Source: Candidatus Latescibacterota bacterium
GTDB lineage: Bacteria; Latescibacterota; UBA2968; GCA-2709665
DNA length: 64,000 nt
Assembly (NCBI GenBank): GCA_965237675.1
Contig: OZ250150.1
Location: 800,001-864,000 of the forward strand
Direction: 5' to 3'
Of the stretch, positions 8,907 to 19,931 are shown one piece after another. The position numbers and the translations under genes were made by a program. Numbering within the stretch: the first letter of the stretch is position 1; every line of letters starts with the position of its first letter. The notes under the pieces are model-generated. The model worked only from the letters and a program-made list of their open reading frames with translations. It ran no database searches and was not told the DNA's origin.

Positions 8907-10844
8907 ATGAGTTATCGTGACCGCGTCGTTTCAGGGGCTGCCAACGTCGCCTGGAATGTCTTCCAGAGCGTGAATACGCGGCTTCCCGAAAGCCAGCCAT
9001 TTCAACCTGCCTGGGCTTCGGCGCCGCTGTTGAAGAGTTATCAGCGTTCCATGCCGACACTGGGTTTTCCACGCCAGACCGACTCGCTCTGCCCGGATTG
9101 CGTGAAGGAGGTACGGACCGCCATTATCGAAGGCCGGCGGGACGTCTCGGAACTGGTACACGGAAACCCCGGAGAGATCCGTGCACAGATCCTGGAAGAG
9201 AACGGATGTATTGTGATGCGCAAGACCTGTACGGTCCACGGCACCTACGAAGACGTTTTATCAATCGATCCGGAGTTTACACGCCTTATCGAGGCCAGGT
9301 TTCCAGGGCGCGATTACCGCACCTGGGGAGATGCGCATGTGCACCGGCACGGTACCTCCAGCATAAAATACGGGCGGGGGGCCGTACTGACGATCGACCT
9401 GACGAACCGCTGCAATATGATGTGCAATCCCTGTTTTATGGACGCGAACCAGGTGGGTTATGTCCATGAATTGACAATGGACGACGTGAAACGGATCCTG
9501 GATGCATCGATTTCCTTTAAGCCGCGCCGGCAGATGTCGGTACAATTCTCGGGCGGAGAACCCACGATTTCACCGCATTTTCTCGATGCGTGCCGGTATG
9601 CCAAAGAGGTCGGCTATTGGTGTGTGCAGGCCGCAACCAACGGGCTGCGCTTTGCCGAAGAACCGGATTTTGCCTTCGAGGCGAAGGCGGCCGGTTTCGA
9701 CATGGCGTACCTGCAGTTCGACGGCGTAACGAATGCGGCCAACCAGCATCGGCACATTTCCAATCTGTTCGACGCCAAGCTGTTGGCAATGGAGAACCTC
9801 TCCCGCGCCGGAATCGATATCACGCCGGTCACGACGGTTCTGAATACCATCAACAACGATCAGGTCGGGCCGATCCTCCAATTCTGCATCGACAACAGCG
9901 ACAAGGTCGGCTCAGTCTCCTTCCAACCCGTGTCATTTACCGGGCGGGACGAAGATATATCCGACGAGATGCGATACCGCCAACGCTACACCATTGCCCA
10001 CCTCGCTCACGATCTGCAGACGTGGTCCGAGGGGAAAATCGACGCCCACCGGGATTGGTACCCGCTGGGGGCGGGGACGCTGTTTACCACGCTTGCCGAC
10101 CATTTGCGCGGGCAGGACGTCGAATTCGGCGGTCAGACATGCTCCTGTCACCCCAACTGCGGTTCCGCGGCCCATATTATCGTGAATGAGAAGACCAGGC
10201 AGTGGGCGTCCATCACCGAGTTCTTCAATCAGGGACAGTTTATGAAGGACATCGAAGTGATGACCGATACCGCGCGGGACCCCAAATGGATCAAGGTCCA
10301 GGTCGGCATGTCGCTGCTTCGGAATTTCAACCCCAAGAGAGCGCCGGCCGGGTTTGGCCTTCAAGATCTTGCGCGGATTCTGGACCGCAGAGTGGGGGGT
10401 TCCATCAGCGGCGGTCCGAGGCCGGCCGACAGGCAATGGCGCATCATGTGGGTAGGCGGAATGTGGTTCCAGGATCTGTGGACCTACGATTTCCGCCGAA
10501 CCGAAATGTGTGTGATCCCGTACGGCACCCAGGAGGGCGAGATCTCCTTCTGTGCGTATAACACCGGAGTCGGCTGGCGTCAGATTATAGAGAATATGCA
10601 TATGACCGCCACAACGGCCAGTTGGTTCAAATCCAAAGGCCGGCACCCCATCTACGCGGGCGACCGCGACATGCCGCTTCCGGAGACGGACCACACGCTG
10701 CGAGTCCGGGAGACGGAAACCGGCGAACTCGAGCTTCCGGTCATAAACGACAGCCAGGGGGGCAACGGGTGCTGCGGTTCCGAAGAGGACACCATTCGAA
10801 AGATCATTGCCGCACCCGAAGCGCGGGAGCCGGTGGCCTCCTGA
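8907..10844 (+). CDS. Radical SAM protein of the MJ0619/Tes (GDGT-MAS, tetraether lipid synthase) family
   Basis: N-terminal SLCPDC...KTCTVHG metal site, DLTNRCNMMCNPCF SAM cluster, CSCHPNCG and C-terminal CVIPY...SFCAYN auxiliary-cluster motifs. Confidence 0.8.
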   Translation: MSYRDRVVSGAANVAWNVFQSVNTRLPESQPFQPAWASAPLLKSYQRSMPTLGFPRQTDSLCPDCVKEVRTAIIEGRRDVSELVHGNPGEIRAQILEENGCIVMRKTCTVHGTYEDVLSIDPEFTRLIEARFPGRDYRTWGDAHVHRHGTSSIKYGRGAVLTIDLTNRCNMMCNPCFMDANQVGYVHELTMDDVKRILDASISFKPRRQMSVQFSGGEPTISPHFLDACRYAKEVGYWCVQAATNGLRFAEEPDFAFEAKAAGFDMAYLQFDGVTNAANQHRHISNLFDAKLLAMENLSRAGIDITPVTTVLNTINNDQVGPILQFCIDNSDKVGSVSFQPVSFTGRDEDISDEMRYRQRYTIAHLAHDLQTWSEGKIDAHRDWYPLGAGTLFTTLADHLRGQDVEFGGQTCSCHPNCGSAAHIIVNEKTRQWASITEFFNQGQFMKDIEVMTDTARDPKWIKVQVGMSLLRNFNPKRAPAGFGLQDLARILDRRVGGSISGGPRPADRQWRIMWVGGMWFQDLWTYDFRRTEMCVIPYGTQEGEISFCAYNTGVGWRQIIENMHMTATTASWFKSKGRHPIYAGDRDMPLPETDHTLRVRETETGELELPVINDSQGGNGCCGSEEDTIRKIIAAPEAREPVAS

Positions 10845-11057
10845 CAGTACCGCCCACAGACGTCGAACCGATCCGGGCAGGAGTTGTGTCCGGATTTTTT
10901 TCGGGGTTCAGGTTTCTCATGCGCCGGCGCGCGAATACCCGCGGGAGCCCAGCGTCAATTCGAGTCGGAAACAGGGAGGTACGTCAGACCGCGGTAAGTT
11001 TCGGGTTTCGCGGAAGGCGGTCCCTCGCCGCACCACGCCGGAGCTACGGCAAACGGA

Positions 11058-11086
11058 TTGACAAATCTGCGACAAATATGTATCAT
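11058..11086 (+). promoter_or_regulatory. sigma70-type promoter of the tig-clpP-clpX operon
   Basis: TTGACA-17 bp-TATCAT about 55 bp upstream of tig. Confidence 0.7.
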
Positions 11087-11139
11087 TCGCGTTTGGATCG
11101 TTCCGAGATTGACGGCGACAATATCGACCCGTTGGAAGG

Positions 11140-12459
11140 ATGCCGGACGTTATGACGGTGACCGTTTCAGAGTCGGGTACGTGGCACAGGACGCTCGAGG
11201 TCGAGGTACCCGGCGAGGATGTGCGCCGACGAATCGAGACCGCATATAAGAAATACAGTAAAACGTTGAGTTTGCCCGGTTTTCGCAAAGGAAAAATTCC
11301 TGTAAATCTGATCAAGAAGCGATTTGGAAAGATGATTCAGGGCGAGGTTCTGCAGGAGGTGATGCAGGAGTACTACCGGGAGGCCAGCAAATCCGAGGGG
11401 TTGACTCCGATCACGGAAGCCACCATCGAGGACGTCAACTACGAGGACGGGCAGCCGCTGACGTTCAAGGCGTCCGTGGATGTAAAGCCGGAGATCCTTG
11501 TCCAGGACTATAAGGGCCTGAAAGCCACTCGCCCGGTGTTCGAAGTCGCCGATGCCGATGTGGCGGAGCAACTCCAGCGTGTGCAGGAGCAGAATGCCAC
11601 GGAGCAGGAGGTCGACCGGCCTGCCGCATTGGGCGACATGGTCGTTGCCGATCTGCAGGAACTGGATGAGAACGGGCTGCCGATTATCGGTCGCAAACAG
11701 GAAGAACGCCCGTTTCATATTGGAGGCCGGAATGCCAATCACGACCTCGACAACCAGTTGGTGGGCATTTCCACGGGCGAAACCCGCCAGATTCGTCTGA
11801 CTCATACGGAGGAGGTCGAACACGACGCCCACACTCACGGTTCACACCACCAGGAGGGCCGGGAGATTCGCCTGATGTTTTCCGCCAGGGAGGTCCGGGA
11901 ACGCAAGCTGCCGGAATTGGACGATGAATTCGCCCGGGACCAGGGTCAGTTCGCGTCGCTGGACGAACTCAAGGCTCAGATCCGGAAGGATCTACAGGCG
12001 CAGGCCAATTTCGGCTCCCGGCGCTACCTAGAAGGCCACATTGTAGACGAACTGATTCGAAAGAACGGTTTTGATCTGCCTGAGATCATGGTGGAGAACG
12101 CTCTGGACACGCTGCTGGAAGACCACAAGAAGGAACACGAAGGGCACGATCACGATATCGATGAAGAGGCGTTTCGCCGGGAAAGCCGGGAGGGCACCAT
12201 TCGCGGGTTGAAGCGTCATATACTATTGGAGGCGATTCAGAAGCAGGAAGACCTGGTGGTGGAAGAGGCGGAGATGGACCGTCACCTCGACACGATGTCG
12301 CGTCGATATAATACGGAACGTGAGCAACTCCGCCAGATACTGAAGCGGTCGGATCAGATCGAAAAAATCGAATCGAACCTGCTCACGGAAAAGGCGTTTG
12401 ATTTTCTGATTCAACATGCAGAAATTGAAGATGTTAAGGAGAAATCGGATCGCCTGTGA
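11140..12459 (+). CDS. tig: Trigger factor
   Basis: PGFRKGKIP ribosome-binding motif; canonical tig-clpP-clpX order. Confidence 0.95.
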   Translation: MPDVMTVTVSESGTWHRTLEVEVPGEDVRRRIETAYKKYSKTLSLPGFRKGKIPVNLIKKRFGKMIQGEVLQEVMQEYYREASKSEGLTPITEATIEDVNYEDGQPLTFKASVDVKPEILVQDYKGLKATRPVFEVADADVAEQLQRVQEQNATEQEVDRPAALGDMVVADLQELDENGLPIIGRKQEERPFHIGGRNANHDLDNQLVGISTGETRQIRLTHTEEVEHDAHTHGSHHQEGREIRLMFSAREVRERKLPELDDEFARDQGQFASLDELKAQIRKDLQAQANFGSRRYLEGHIVDELIRKNGFDLPEIMVENALDTLLEDHKKEHEGHDHDIDEEAFRRESREGTIRGLKRHILLEAIQKQEDLVVEEAEMDRHLDTMSRRYNTEREQLRQILKRSDQIEKIESNLLTEKAFDFLIQHAEIEDVKEKSDRL

Positions 12460-12499
12460 CAGGGATCCGGGATCGGAAAGCGAGGGAGAATAGACGCTT

Positions 12500-13114
12500 A
12501 TGGCACTTGTACCCATGGTATTGGAACAGACGGGGCGCGGCGAACGGTCCTACGATATTTTCTCGCGTCTTCTTGCGGATAATATTATTTTTATCGGGTT
12601 CCCCATTAACGACACCATTGCAAACCTGGTGATTGCGCAGATGCTGTTCTGCAGTTCGGATTCACCGGATAAGTCGATTCGGCTGTACATCAATTCGCCC
12701 GGTGGCAGCATAACGGCGGGGCTGGCCATTTACGATACCATGCAATACGTGCCCAACGAAGTCGAAACGGTGTGCGTCGGGCAGGCGTTCAGCATCGCCG
12801 CCGTGTTGCTCTCGGGAGGCACCAAGGGGGAGCGGTACGCGTTGCCGAATTCACGCATCCTGGTCCATCAGCCCATCGGCGGCGCGGGTGGACAGGCTTC
12901 GGACGTGGAACGCCACGCCAAGGAGATTCTCCAATGGCGGGACCGGCTCAATGAGATTCTGGCGGAGCAGACCGGACAACCGATCGAACGCATTGCCAAA
13001 GATGCCGACCGGGATTTCTTTATGTCGGCCGAAGAGGCACGTAACTACGGTCTGATCGATGAGATGCTGGTTCCCAGTAAGGAAGACGCCCTCGTGATCG
13101 AAGACGACGAGTAG
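12500..13114 (+). CDS. clpP: ATP-dependent Clp protease proteolytic subunit
   Basis: [23 protein letters not shown] and [11 protein letters not shown] motifs. Confidence 0.97.
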   Translation: MALVPMVLEQTGRGERSYDIFSRLLADNIIFIGFPINDTIANLVIAQMLFCSSDSPDKSIRLYINSPGGSITAGLAIYDTMQYVPNEVETVCVGQAFSIAAVLLSGGTKGERYALPNSRILVHQPIGGAGGQASDVERHAKEILQWRDRLNEILAEQTGQPIERIAKDADRDFFMSAEEARNYGLIDEMLVPSKEDALVIEDDE

Positions 13115-13175
13115 ACCGCGCCGGGGTGGCGGCGAAATCGCCGGATATCAGCCTTCGCGGTATCCTGGATGACAT

Positions 13176-14417
13176 ATGAAACGACGAACTTCAAGGACCG
13201 ACGTCCAGTGCTCTTTCTGTGGCAAGGGCAACGACCAGGTCGACAAGATCATTACGGGAACTTCGGTGCACATTTGCAGCGATTGCGTCAAGCTGTGCAG
13301 CGAAGTACTGCAGGAGGATGCCAGGCAAAAGCCGGTATCATCCCTCCAGAAGCTGCCCAAACCGACGACCATCAAGACCCGGCTCGACGACTATGTGATC
13401 GGGCAGGAGGCGGCCAAGCGTACACTTTCCGTTGCCGTTTACAATCACTATAAACGGATCCGGTCCCGGGTGGCTGCGGACGACGTTGAACTCGAAAAGA
13501 GCAATATACTGCTGGTCGGGCCCACCGGCACCGGGAAGACCCTGCTGGCCCAGACGCTCGCACGCATTCTGGATGTTCCGTTTTCCATTGCGGACGCAAC
13601 AATTCTTACGGAAGCGGGATACGTGGGCGAAGACGTGGAGAATATCCTGGTTCGTCTGTTGCAGGCGGCAGATTACGACGTGGCGCAGGCGGAGATGGGC
13701 ATTCTCTACCTGGACGAAGTGGATAAGGTTTCGAGGAAGTCAGCCAATCCGTCAATTACCCGTGACGTATCCGGGGAAGGTGTGCAACAGGCCCTGCTGA
13801 AGATTCTGGAGGGCACCGTCGCCAGCATACCCCCGAAGGGTGGACGTAAACATCCCGAGCAGCCCCTGATCCAGCTGAATACGCGGAATATACTGTTTAT
13901 CTGCGGCGGGGCATTCAACGGCCTGGAAGAAATCATCAGCAACCGGATCGGAAAAAAGACAATCGGTTTTGGCGCGAAGAACGGCCCCCATGAAAAACGG
14001 AACGCGGGCGCGTTGTTTGGAGACGTGGAACCGGAGGATCTCATCAAATACGGCCTGATTCCCGAACTGGTCGGGCGGCTGCCCATCTCCTGTTCCCTCA
14101 ACGATCTCGATGAGCCGGCGTTGTACAAGATTCTGACAGAGCCGAAGAATGCGATTATCAAACAGTACCAGAAACTCTTCGAAATGGATGGCGTCGACCT
14201 GGAATTCGAAGATGCGGCCCTGAACGAGGTGGTACGGCGAACCGTGCAGAAGGGCACGGGCGCCAGGGGCCTGCGATCCGTTCTGGAGGACATCATGATC
14301 GATCTGATGTACGACATTCCTTCCAATCGGGACCGAAAGCCGGTTGTGATCACAAAGGAGATGGTTGCCGGCAGGTTCAAACCCCAGCTTCACATCGAAG
14401 AGAAAAAGAGCGCATAG
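13176..14417 (+). CDS. clpX: Clp protease ATP-binding subunit
   Basis: CSFCGK/CSDC zinc finger, [28 protein letters not shown] and IGF loop. Confidence 0.97.
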   Translation: MKRRTSRTDVQCSFCGKGNDQVDKIITGTSVHICSDCVKLCSEVLQEDARQKPVSSLQKLPKPTTIKTRLDDYVIGQEAAKRTLSVAVYNHYKRIRSRVAADDVELEKSNILLVGPTGTGKTLLAQTLARILDVPFSIADATILTEAGYVGEDVENILVRLLQAADYDVAQAEMGILYLDEVDKVSRKSANPSITRDVSGEGVQQALLKILEGTVASIPPKGGRKHPEQPLIQLNTRNILFICGGAFNGLEEIISNRIGKKTIGFGAKNGPHEKRNAGALFGDVEPEDLIKYGLIPELVGRLPISCSLNDLDEPALYKILTEPKNAIIKQYQKLFEMDGVDLEFEDAALNEVVRRTVQKGTGARGLRSVLEDIMIDLMYDIPSNRDRKPVVITKEMVAGRFKPQLHIEEKKSA

Positions 14418-14578
14418 TGTTCTGTCCCGGAAATAGATTGCCGTAATTCGGCCGCCGAGTCGCCCGGCTGGCAAGGCGCCTGAGCGAGGCGACCTGCGCA
14501 AGGTCGGCGAGCGAGGGGAACGCTGCGAGACGGGATGAATCGGCGGATGGATGGTGACATATTTCTGGGACGGGACAA
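14417..14578. mobile_element. MITE family A, copy 2 (162 bp), abutting the clpX TAG stop
   Basis: Colinear with 4405-4566; begins on the G of the clpX TAG. Confidence 0.85.
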
Positions 14579-14660
14579 AAGTTGGGTTTCACCCTTCGTG
14601 CGCCTTCGGAACCGGGGTCCATAGCCCCGGTTTTCTATGTGTCTACCCCGGTTACCCGTT

Positions 14661-15248
14661 ATGCAGATCCGTTCCGCCGATTTTGTCACCAGCGTCGCCC
14701 ATCCCGACCGTCTTCCGATGGAAGGACTGCCGGAAATTGCGTTTGCCGGCCGCTCGAACGTGGGGAAATCCTCCCTGCTGAACCGGCTGTTGAACCGCAG
14801 AAAACTGGCCGGCATCAGCAAAACGCCCGGTAAGACGCGCACCTTGAACTACTACCGGGTCAACGAGACGTTACATTTCGTGGACCTTCCCGGGTATGGT
14901 TACTCAAAACGAGGGCAGCAGGAACGCAGGCAGTGGGCCGACCTGATCAACGGGTATCTGGAGGCCCGGACGTCATTGCGAGGCATATTGCATCTCATGG
15001 ATGCCCGGCACGATCCGACCGCGCGCGACGTGGAGATGGCCGTATGGCTCATGCAGTTCGGCCGGCCGTTTCTCGTGGTTGCCACAAAGGTGGATAAGCT
15101 CTCCGGGAGCCGGCAAAAGTCCCGGCTGGACCGGACGCGAAAACTGCTTTCCCAGCAGGGCGATTTCAATTTCGTATCTTTTTCGGCGGTGTCCGGACAG
15201 GGTCGGCAGGCTGTCTGGAGGTGGATCCGGGATGTCATCGAACAATAA
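14661..15248 (+). CDS. engB: Ribosome biogenesis GTPase YihA/YsxC
   Basis: EIAFAGRSNVGKSS, SKTPGKT, DLPGYGY and TKVDKL motifs. Confidence 0.95.
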   Translation: MQIRSADFVTSVAHPDRLPMEGLPEIAFAGRSNVGKSSLLNRLLNRRKLAGISKTPGKTRTLNYYRVNETLHFVDLPGYGYSKRGQQERRQWADLINGYLEARTSLRGILHLMDARHDPTARDVEMAVWLMQFGRPFLVVATKVDKLSGSRQKSRLDRTRKLLSQQGDFNFVSFSAVSGQGRQAVWRWIRDVIEQ

Positions 15249-15292
15249 ACCCGCGCGGGACGACGAAAACGGTTTGCCTCACGGGCATTGAT

Positions 15293-16432
15293 ATGAGGCT
15301 GCAACGGCTTTTTACACCGGGTCCGACGCCCATACCCGTAAGGGTGCAGGCCGCAATGGCCGGTCCCCTTGTCTATCACCGGGGACCGGACTTTCCCGCG
15401 CTATTGCGGGATGCGGTCGAAGGGCTCAAGGAGGTCTTTCCCACCTCTTTTGACGTGTTTGTACTGACCTGCTCGGGCACCGGCGTGATGGAGGCGGCGG
15501 TAGCCAATACCCTCTCCGCCGGAGACCGGGCTCTGGTTGTGCAGGCTGGGCAGTTCGGCGCGCGGTGGACGGACCTCTGCCGGGCTTACGGGGTCGACGT
15601 GGTCGAACGGAGGTTTCCCTGGGGCGAGGCCGTGGACCCGCAGGCGGTGGCGGAGGTCCTTCGGGACGATCCCGGCATCCGGGTCGTGTTCGCCACCCAC
15701 AGCGAGACGTCCACCGGCGTATTGCACGACATCGCCTCGATTGGCGCGATGGTGAGGGAAACGGATGCGCTGCTGGTGATAGACGGTGTCTCGAGCGTGG
15801 CGGCCCACCCGTTGCCGCTCGAGGCCTGGAACGTGGATCTGGCGGTAACGGCATCCCAGAAGGGGCTGATGCTGCCTCCCGGGATGGGAATCGCTGCGGT
15901 GGGGCCGCGGGTCTGGACGGCCCGCGAGCGATGCCTGCTCCCGAAGTACTACTGGGACCTGGAACAATACAGGATATCGCTGGCCGAAGGCCGGGCGCCG
16001 GCCACGCTGCCGGTTACGCTCCTGGCCGGATTGCGGGTGGCGCTACAGATGCTCCGTGAGGAAGGCATCTCGCAGGTCTGGGCGCGGCATGCCCGGCATG
16101 CGCTGGCGGTGCGGTGGGCGGCCGGCGCGCTGGGACTGTCGTGTTTCGCGCGGCGCCCTTCAAACGTGCTGACCGCGATTGTCCTGCCTGAAAATGTGGA
16201 TGGCCTCGAGTTGATGGAAGAAATGCGGCGCGGATGCGGTGTCGTGGTTGGCGGGGGGTTGGGCGATTTCAGGGGCCGTATGGTGCGGGTGTCCAACCTG
16301 GGACACGTGGATGATGCAGGCATTCTGGAGGCCGTCTCTGCGCTTGAATTCGGTCTGAAGGAGACTGGATGGATTTTTGACGTGGGAGCGGGTGTGAAGG
16401 CCGCTCAACGAGCGCTAAACGCGAAAAAGTAA
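15293..16432 (+). CDS. Class V aminotransferase (serine-pyruvate/alanine-glyoxylate type)
   Basis: LFTPGPTP, HSETSTGV, DGVSS, ASQKGLMLPPG (PLP lysine). Confidence 0.9.
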   Translation: MRLQRLFTPGPTPIPVRVQAAMAGPLVYHRGPDFPALLRDAVEGLKEVFPTSFDVFVLTCSGTGVMEAAVANTLSAGDRALVVQAGQFGARWTDLCRAYGVDVVERRFPWGEAVDPQAVAEVLRDDPGIRVVFATHSETSTGVLHDIASIGAMVRETDALLVIDGVSSVAAHPLPLEAWNVDLAVTASQKGLMLPPGMGIAAVGPRVWTARERCLLPKYYWDLEQYRISLAEGRAPATLPVTLLAGLRVALQMLREEGISQVWARHARHALAVRWAAGALGLSCFARRPSNVLTAIVLPENVDGLELMEEMRRGCGVVVGGGLGDFRGRMVRVSNLGHVDDAGILEAVSALEFGLKETGWIFDVGAGVKAAQRALNAKK

Positions 16433-16526
16433 ACATGTCCATCGGACACCGTAAAGCATGAAAATTGTGGCGTTGACAGACGTGCGAACCTCTAAGCGAT
16501 AAGCGCTTGGCATTCAGCGGTCAGCC

Positions 16527-17267
16527 GCTTCAACCCTCGAGGCGCAGGAGCGCGTGGCGCGCCAGGTCGCGCAGGGGGTGCTCGAGGTCCTGATGGACAG
16601 GCCGGCGCAGCACACGGTGAATATGCCTTCGATGGATCCGGCAACCTATGAGATCGTCCGTCCGTACTTGCTGCTGGCAGAAAGGGTGGGCGCGTTGCAG
16701 GCTCAATTGAGCCGGGGAAGCCTGCGTCGGATTGCGATCGAGTATCACGGAGATATGTTGAACTACGCGACGTCTCCGATGACGGCCGCCGTCCTGAAAG
16801 GGGCCATTACGAATCTGACTGATGAACCCGTAACGTACGTGAACGCGCCTCTTTTCACGCAAAAACGCGGGGTGAAGATAGACGAGACCCGCAGCAGCGC
16901 ACACAAGGATTACACCAATCTGATGACGGTGGATTACGAGACGTCGGACGGAAAAACCTCCATATCGGCCACGGTATTCGGCAGCAGCGACGCCCGGGTC
17001 GTGCGTATCGATCGGTTCGAGGTGAAAGCCAAACTGGAAGGAAATATGCTGTTCTGCTGTAACCGGGACATACCCGGTGTGGTGGGCTGGATCGGGACGC
17101 TTCTGGCCGAGGAGGAACTCAATATCGCCGATATGGCGCTGGGACGGGACATCCGGGGCGGGCAGGCCATTATGGTCATCAGCCTGGATTCTCCGGCATC
17201 GGATGCCGTGCTGAATCGTATCGCCGAGGCGCCTCAGTTCCTGTGGGTGAGGCAGGCGAAATTTTAA
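16527..17267 (+). pseudogene. serA: 5'-truncated D-3-phosphoglycerate dehydrogenase (ASB + ACT domains only)
   Basis: Homology begins at ASTLEAQERVA (end of the catalytic domain), then VTYVNAP and ACT NRDIPGVVG...NIADMALGR; in-frame TAA at 16500. Confidence 0.8.
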
Positions 17268-17269
17268 GA

Positions 17270-17491
17270 GCGGTGAGACGTTAGACGTGAGAGGGTAGAA
17301 GACCACATAACCCGACCGGCTTTATGATGTTTTGCATGTAAGGGTTCCGCTGTTTGGTTTTCGGTCTTTGCTTCAAGCTGATTGCTGACGGCTGACAGCC
17401 GCTCTTTCTGGCCGCTGATTGCTGTTTTTCCTTAGTGTCTTTGTGTCTTTGTGTGAGTTGATGTTGGATCTAAGCTGACTGCTGATCGCTG
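17270..17491. repeat. Cluster of degenerate 7-mer and 9-mer micro-repeats
   Basis: GTGAGAC/GTTAGAC, GCTGATT/GCTGACG/GCTGACA and TTAGTGTCT/TTGTGTCT tandem units. Confidence 0.6.
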
Positions 17492-17671
17492 TGTTTACGG
17501 AAAGACGGGAGAGGTGTTGATAACATTGTACAATGACACGTCCGCAAACGGACTTTCATTGTGATAAACGAGAAATCGATTGCGAATGGGAGCATGAGAC
17601 CGGTGGCAGTGCGGCGGGGCCCTCTTCCCTCTCCCGGCTTGCGTCTCACCGCATTTTCGAGGAGATAGATC

Positions 17672-18952
17672 ATGTCCGTGCGCGTTGTGCTGGGGGCCCA
17701 GTGGGGAGACGAGGGTAAGGCAAAGGTGGTGGACTATATGACGGCGGACTCGGACGTCGTGGTACGGTACCAGGGGGGCGCCAATGCGGGACATACGATC
17801 AAGGCGGGAGATCTGGAATTCGTGTTTCACCTCATCCCCGCGGGGATTGTGCATCCGGACAAGACATGCGTGATCGGCAACGGTGTGGTCATGGATCCCG
17901 AGGCGCTGTTCCAGGAGGTAGAGGAACTGGAATCGAAGGGCGTTTCCATTGAAAACCGGCTGTTCGTGAGTCCGAATACCCACCTCGTCATGCCGTATCA
18001 TAAGCGCGTCGAGCAGGCCAGCGAGGCAACGGTTGGGTCGGGCGCGATCGGGACCACGCTGCGCGGTATCGGGCCGTGTTACCAGGACAAAGTTAATCGG
18101 TCTTCTGGCATTCGCGTCGGAGATCTGTCCGACACGGACGCGCTGCCCGACAAGGTGCGGGAGAACGTGCGTCAGAAGAATGAGATCCTCAAAAATGTGT
18201 ATGGACAGGACGGGCTGGATGCGACTCCGATCATTGAGGCGTATATAGCGTTCGGCGAGCGCCTGGCGCCGTTCGTCACGGATACGTCCGTCTATCTCAA
18301 TGATATGATCGACGAGGGCAAGGACGTGCTGTTCGAGGGATCCCAGGGCACGTTGCTGGATATCGATCACGGGACGTATCCGTTCGTGACGTCCTCCAAT
18401 ACCACCGCAGGCGGCGCGTGCACGGGCGCCGGTATCGGCCCGACCCGGATTTCCGAGGTCATCGGAGTCGTGAAGGCGTATACCACGCGGGTGGGCAATG
18501 GACCGTTTCCGACCGAACTGACCGGCGCCATGGGAGATCGCATTCGGAAAATCGGACACGAGTACGGGGCGACCACGGGCCGGCCGAGGCGGTGCGGTTG
18601 GCTGGATGCCGTGATTCTGAGGTTTGCCGCGCGGGTGAACGGACTGTCAGGGATCGCGGTGACCAGGCTGGACATACTGGATCCTCTCGAAGAGATCCGG
18701 ATCTGCACGCACTATATCTACCGCGGAGCGCGGTTGAAACATTTCCCGAGCGACGTAAAGGTGCTGGCCGAATGTCAGCCGGTCTACGAAACGTTGCCCG
18801 GTTGGCGGGCGCCCACCAGCGATGTGAGGCGGTGGGAGGATCTTCCGGAAAACGCCAGGCGGTACCTGGACAGAATTCAGGAGTTGAGCCGCACCCCCAT
18901 TGCCATGGTGTCCGTGGGGCCGGACCGCAAGGAGACGATCGTCGTGGATTGA
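17672..18952 (+). CDS. purA: Adenylosuccinate synthetase
   Basis: QWGDEGKAK, GGANAGHT, GATTGRPRRCGWLD motifs. Confidence 0.98.
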   Translation: MSVRVVLGAQWGDEGKAKVVDYMTADSDVVVRYQGGANAGHTIKAGDLEFVFHLIPAGIVHPDKTCVIGNGVVMDPEALFQEVEELESKGVSIENRLFVSPNTHLVMPYHKRVEQASEATVGSGAIGTTLRGIGPCYQDKVNRSSGIRVGDLSDTDALPDKVRENVRQKNEILKNVYGQDGLDATPIIEAYIAFGERLAPFVTDTSVYLNDMIDEGKDVLFEGSQGTLLDIDHGTYPFVTSSNTTAGGACTGAGIGPTRISEVIGVVKAYTTRVGNGPFPTELTGAMGDRIRKIGHEYGATTGRPRRCGWLDAVILRFAARVNGLSGIAVTRLDILDPLEEIRICTHYIYRGARLKHFPSDVKVLAECQPVYETLPGWRAPTSDVRRWEDLPENARRYLDRIQELSRTPIAMVSVGPDRKETIVVD

Positions 18953-19163
18953 TCACGTATCGGGATCGCCGGTCCACACCGATTCGGATACATGTCCGCG
19001 GTCTGGTCCAGTCTGTTCGAATACGTGTTTCTATGCGGGAGTTTCCCGATATCTTCGATTTTCGTGCGCCGGGATATGGGTTGACCAGCCTGGGAAGTTT
19101 GTTATATTTTCACGAACGTCAGTGTAACGACCGATTGACGCCGATAGCAGAGAAAGGTAACGG

Positions 19164-19745
19164 ATGGGCGCCGTGTTCGTCGACAAGGAAGCGTTGATTG
19201 CCAGGGCGAAAACAACCGGGGATCTGGCGGGAGAAGATCTGACGGGCATTGACTTTGAAGGTGAGGATCTCTCCGGCGTCGATTTTTCATACGCGAAGCT
19301 GGACAACGCCCGGTTCAGAGATGCAACGCTCCTGGAAACGCGGTTTCACAACGCGAGCATGAAGGGAGCGGACCTCAGTGGAGCGAAAATGAACGGGGCG
19401 TATCTCGTCGCCGCCGATCTGCTGGGCGCGAACCTTGCGGGGGCGATGATGGACGACGCGTTTCTTTCGGGGGCGGTACTCGGAGGAGCGAATTTCGCGC
19501 GCGCGAGTCTGAAACGCGCCCGCCTGGGTGTGGTGCATGCATCGTTCCCGAATCCCTCGGGGCGGCCAACGAGTTTCAAGAATGCCGACCTGGAAGGGGC
19601 GGTGGTGGGCGCGACGGACTTCAGAGGAACGGATTTGCGGGGCGCCAATCTGAAGGACGCGTTCCTGTATGAGGCACGCCTCCGTGGGGCGATCGTGGAT
19701 AAAAAACAGGTTGCGGAAGCCGTTACGAGGCCAGAATCGTTTTAG
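19164..19745 (+). CDS. Pentapeptide repeat protein
   Basis: Tandem A(D/N)LxG-type pentapeptides over most of its length. Confidence 0.9.
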   Translation: MGAVFVDKEALIARAKTTGDLAGEDLTGIDFEGEDLSGVDFSYAKLDNARFRDATLLETRFHNASMKGADLSGAKMNGAYLVAADLLGANLAGAMMDDAFLSGAVLGGANFARASLKRARLGVVHASFPNPSGRPTSFKNADLEGAVVGATDFRGTDLRGANLKDAFLYEARLRGAIVDKKQVAEAVTRPESF

Positions 19746-19931
19746 CGTGAATTATTCGCAAAGAGTTGTGGGATCGGGTTGGTAAGAGTGATGTCGCACA
19801 GTCTATGATGGACGGATTCATCGCTATAACCCGGAATAGGGAGCATTCTTCCTGCTTTTCGTTTTTATCCCTTCCATTCTGTCCATCCATGTAAATTCCG
19901 GTTTCTGAATTTTTAAGGTTTGTAGGCGGAA

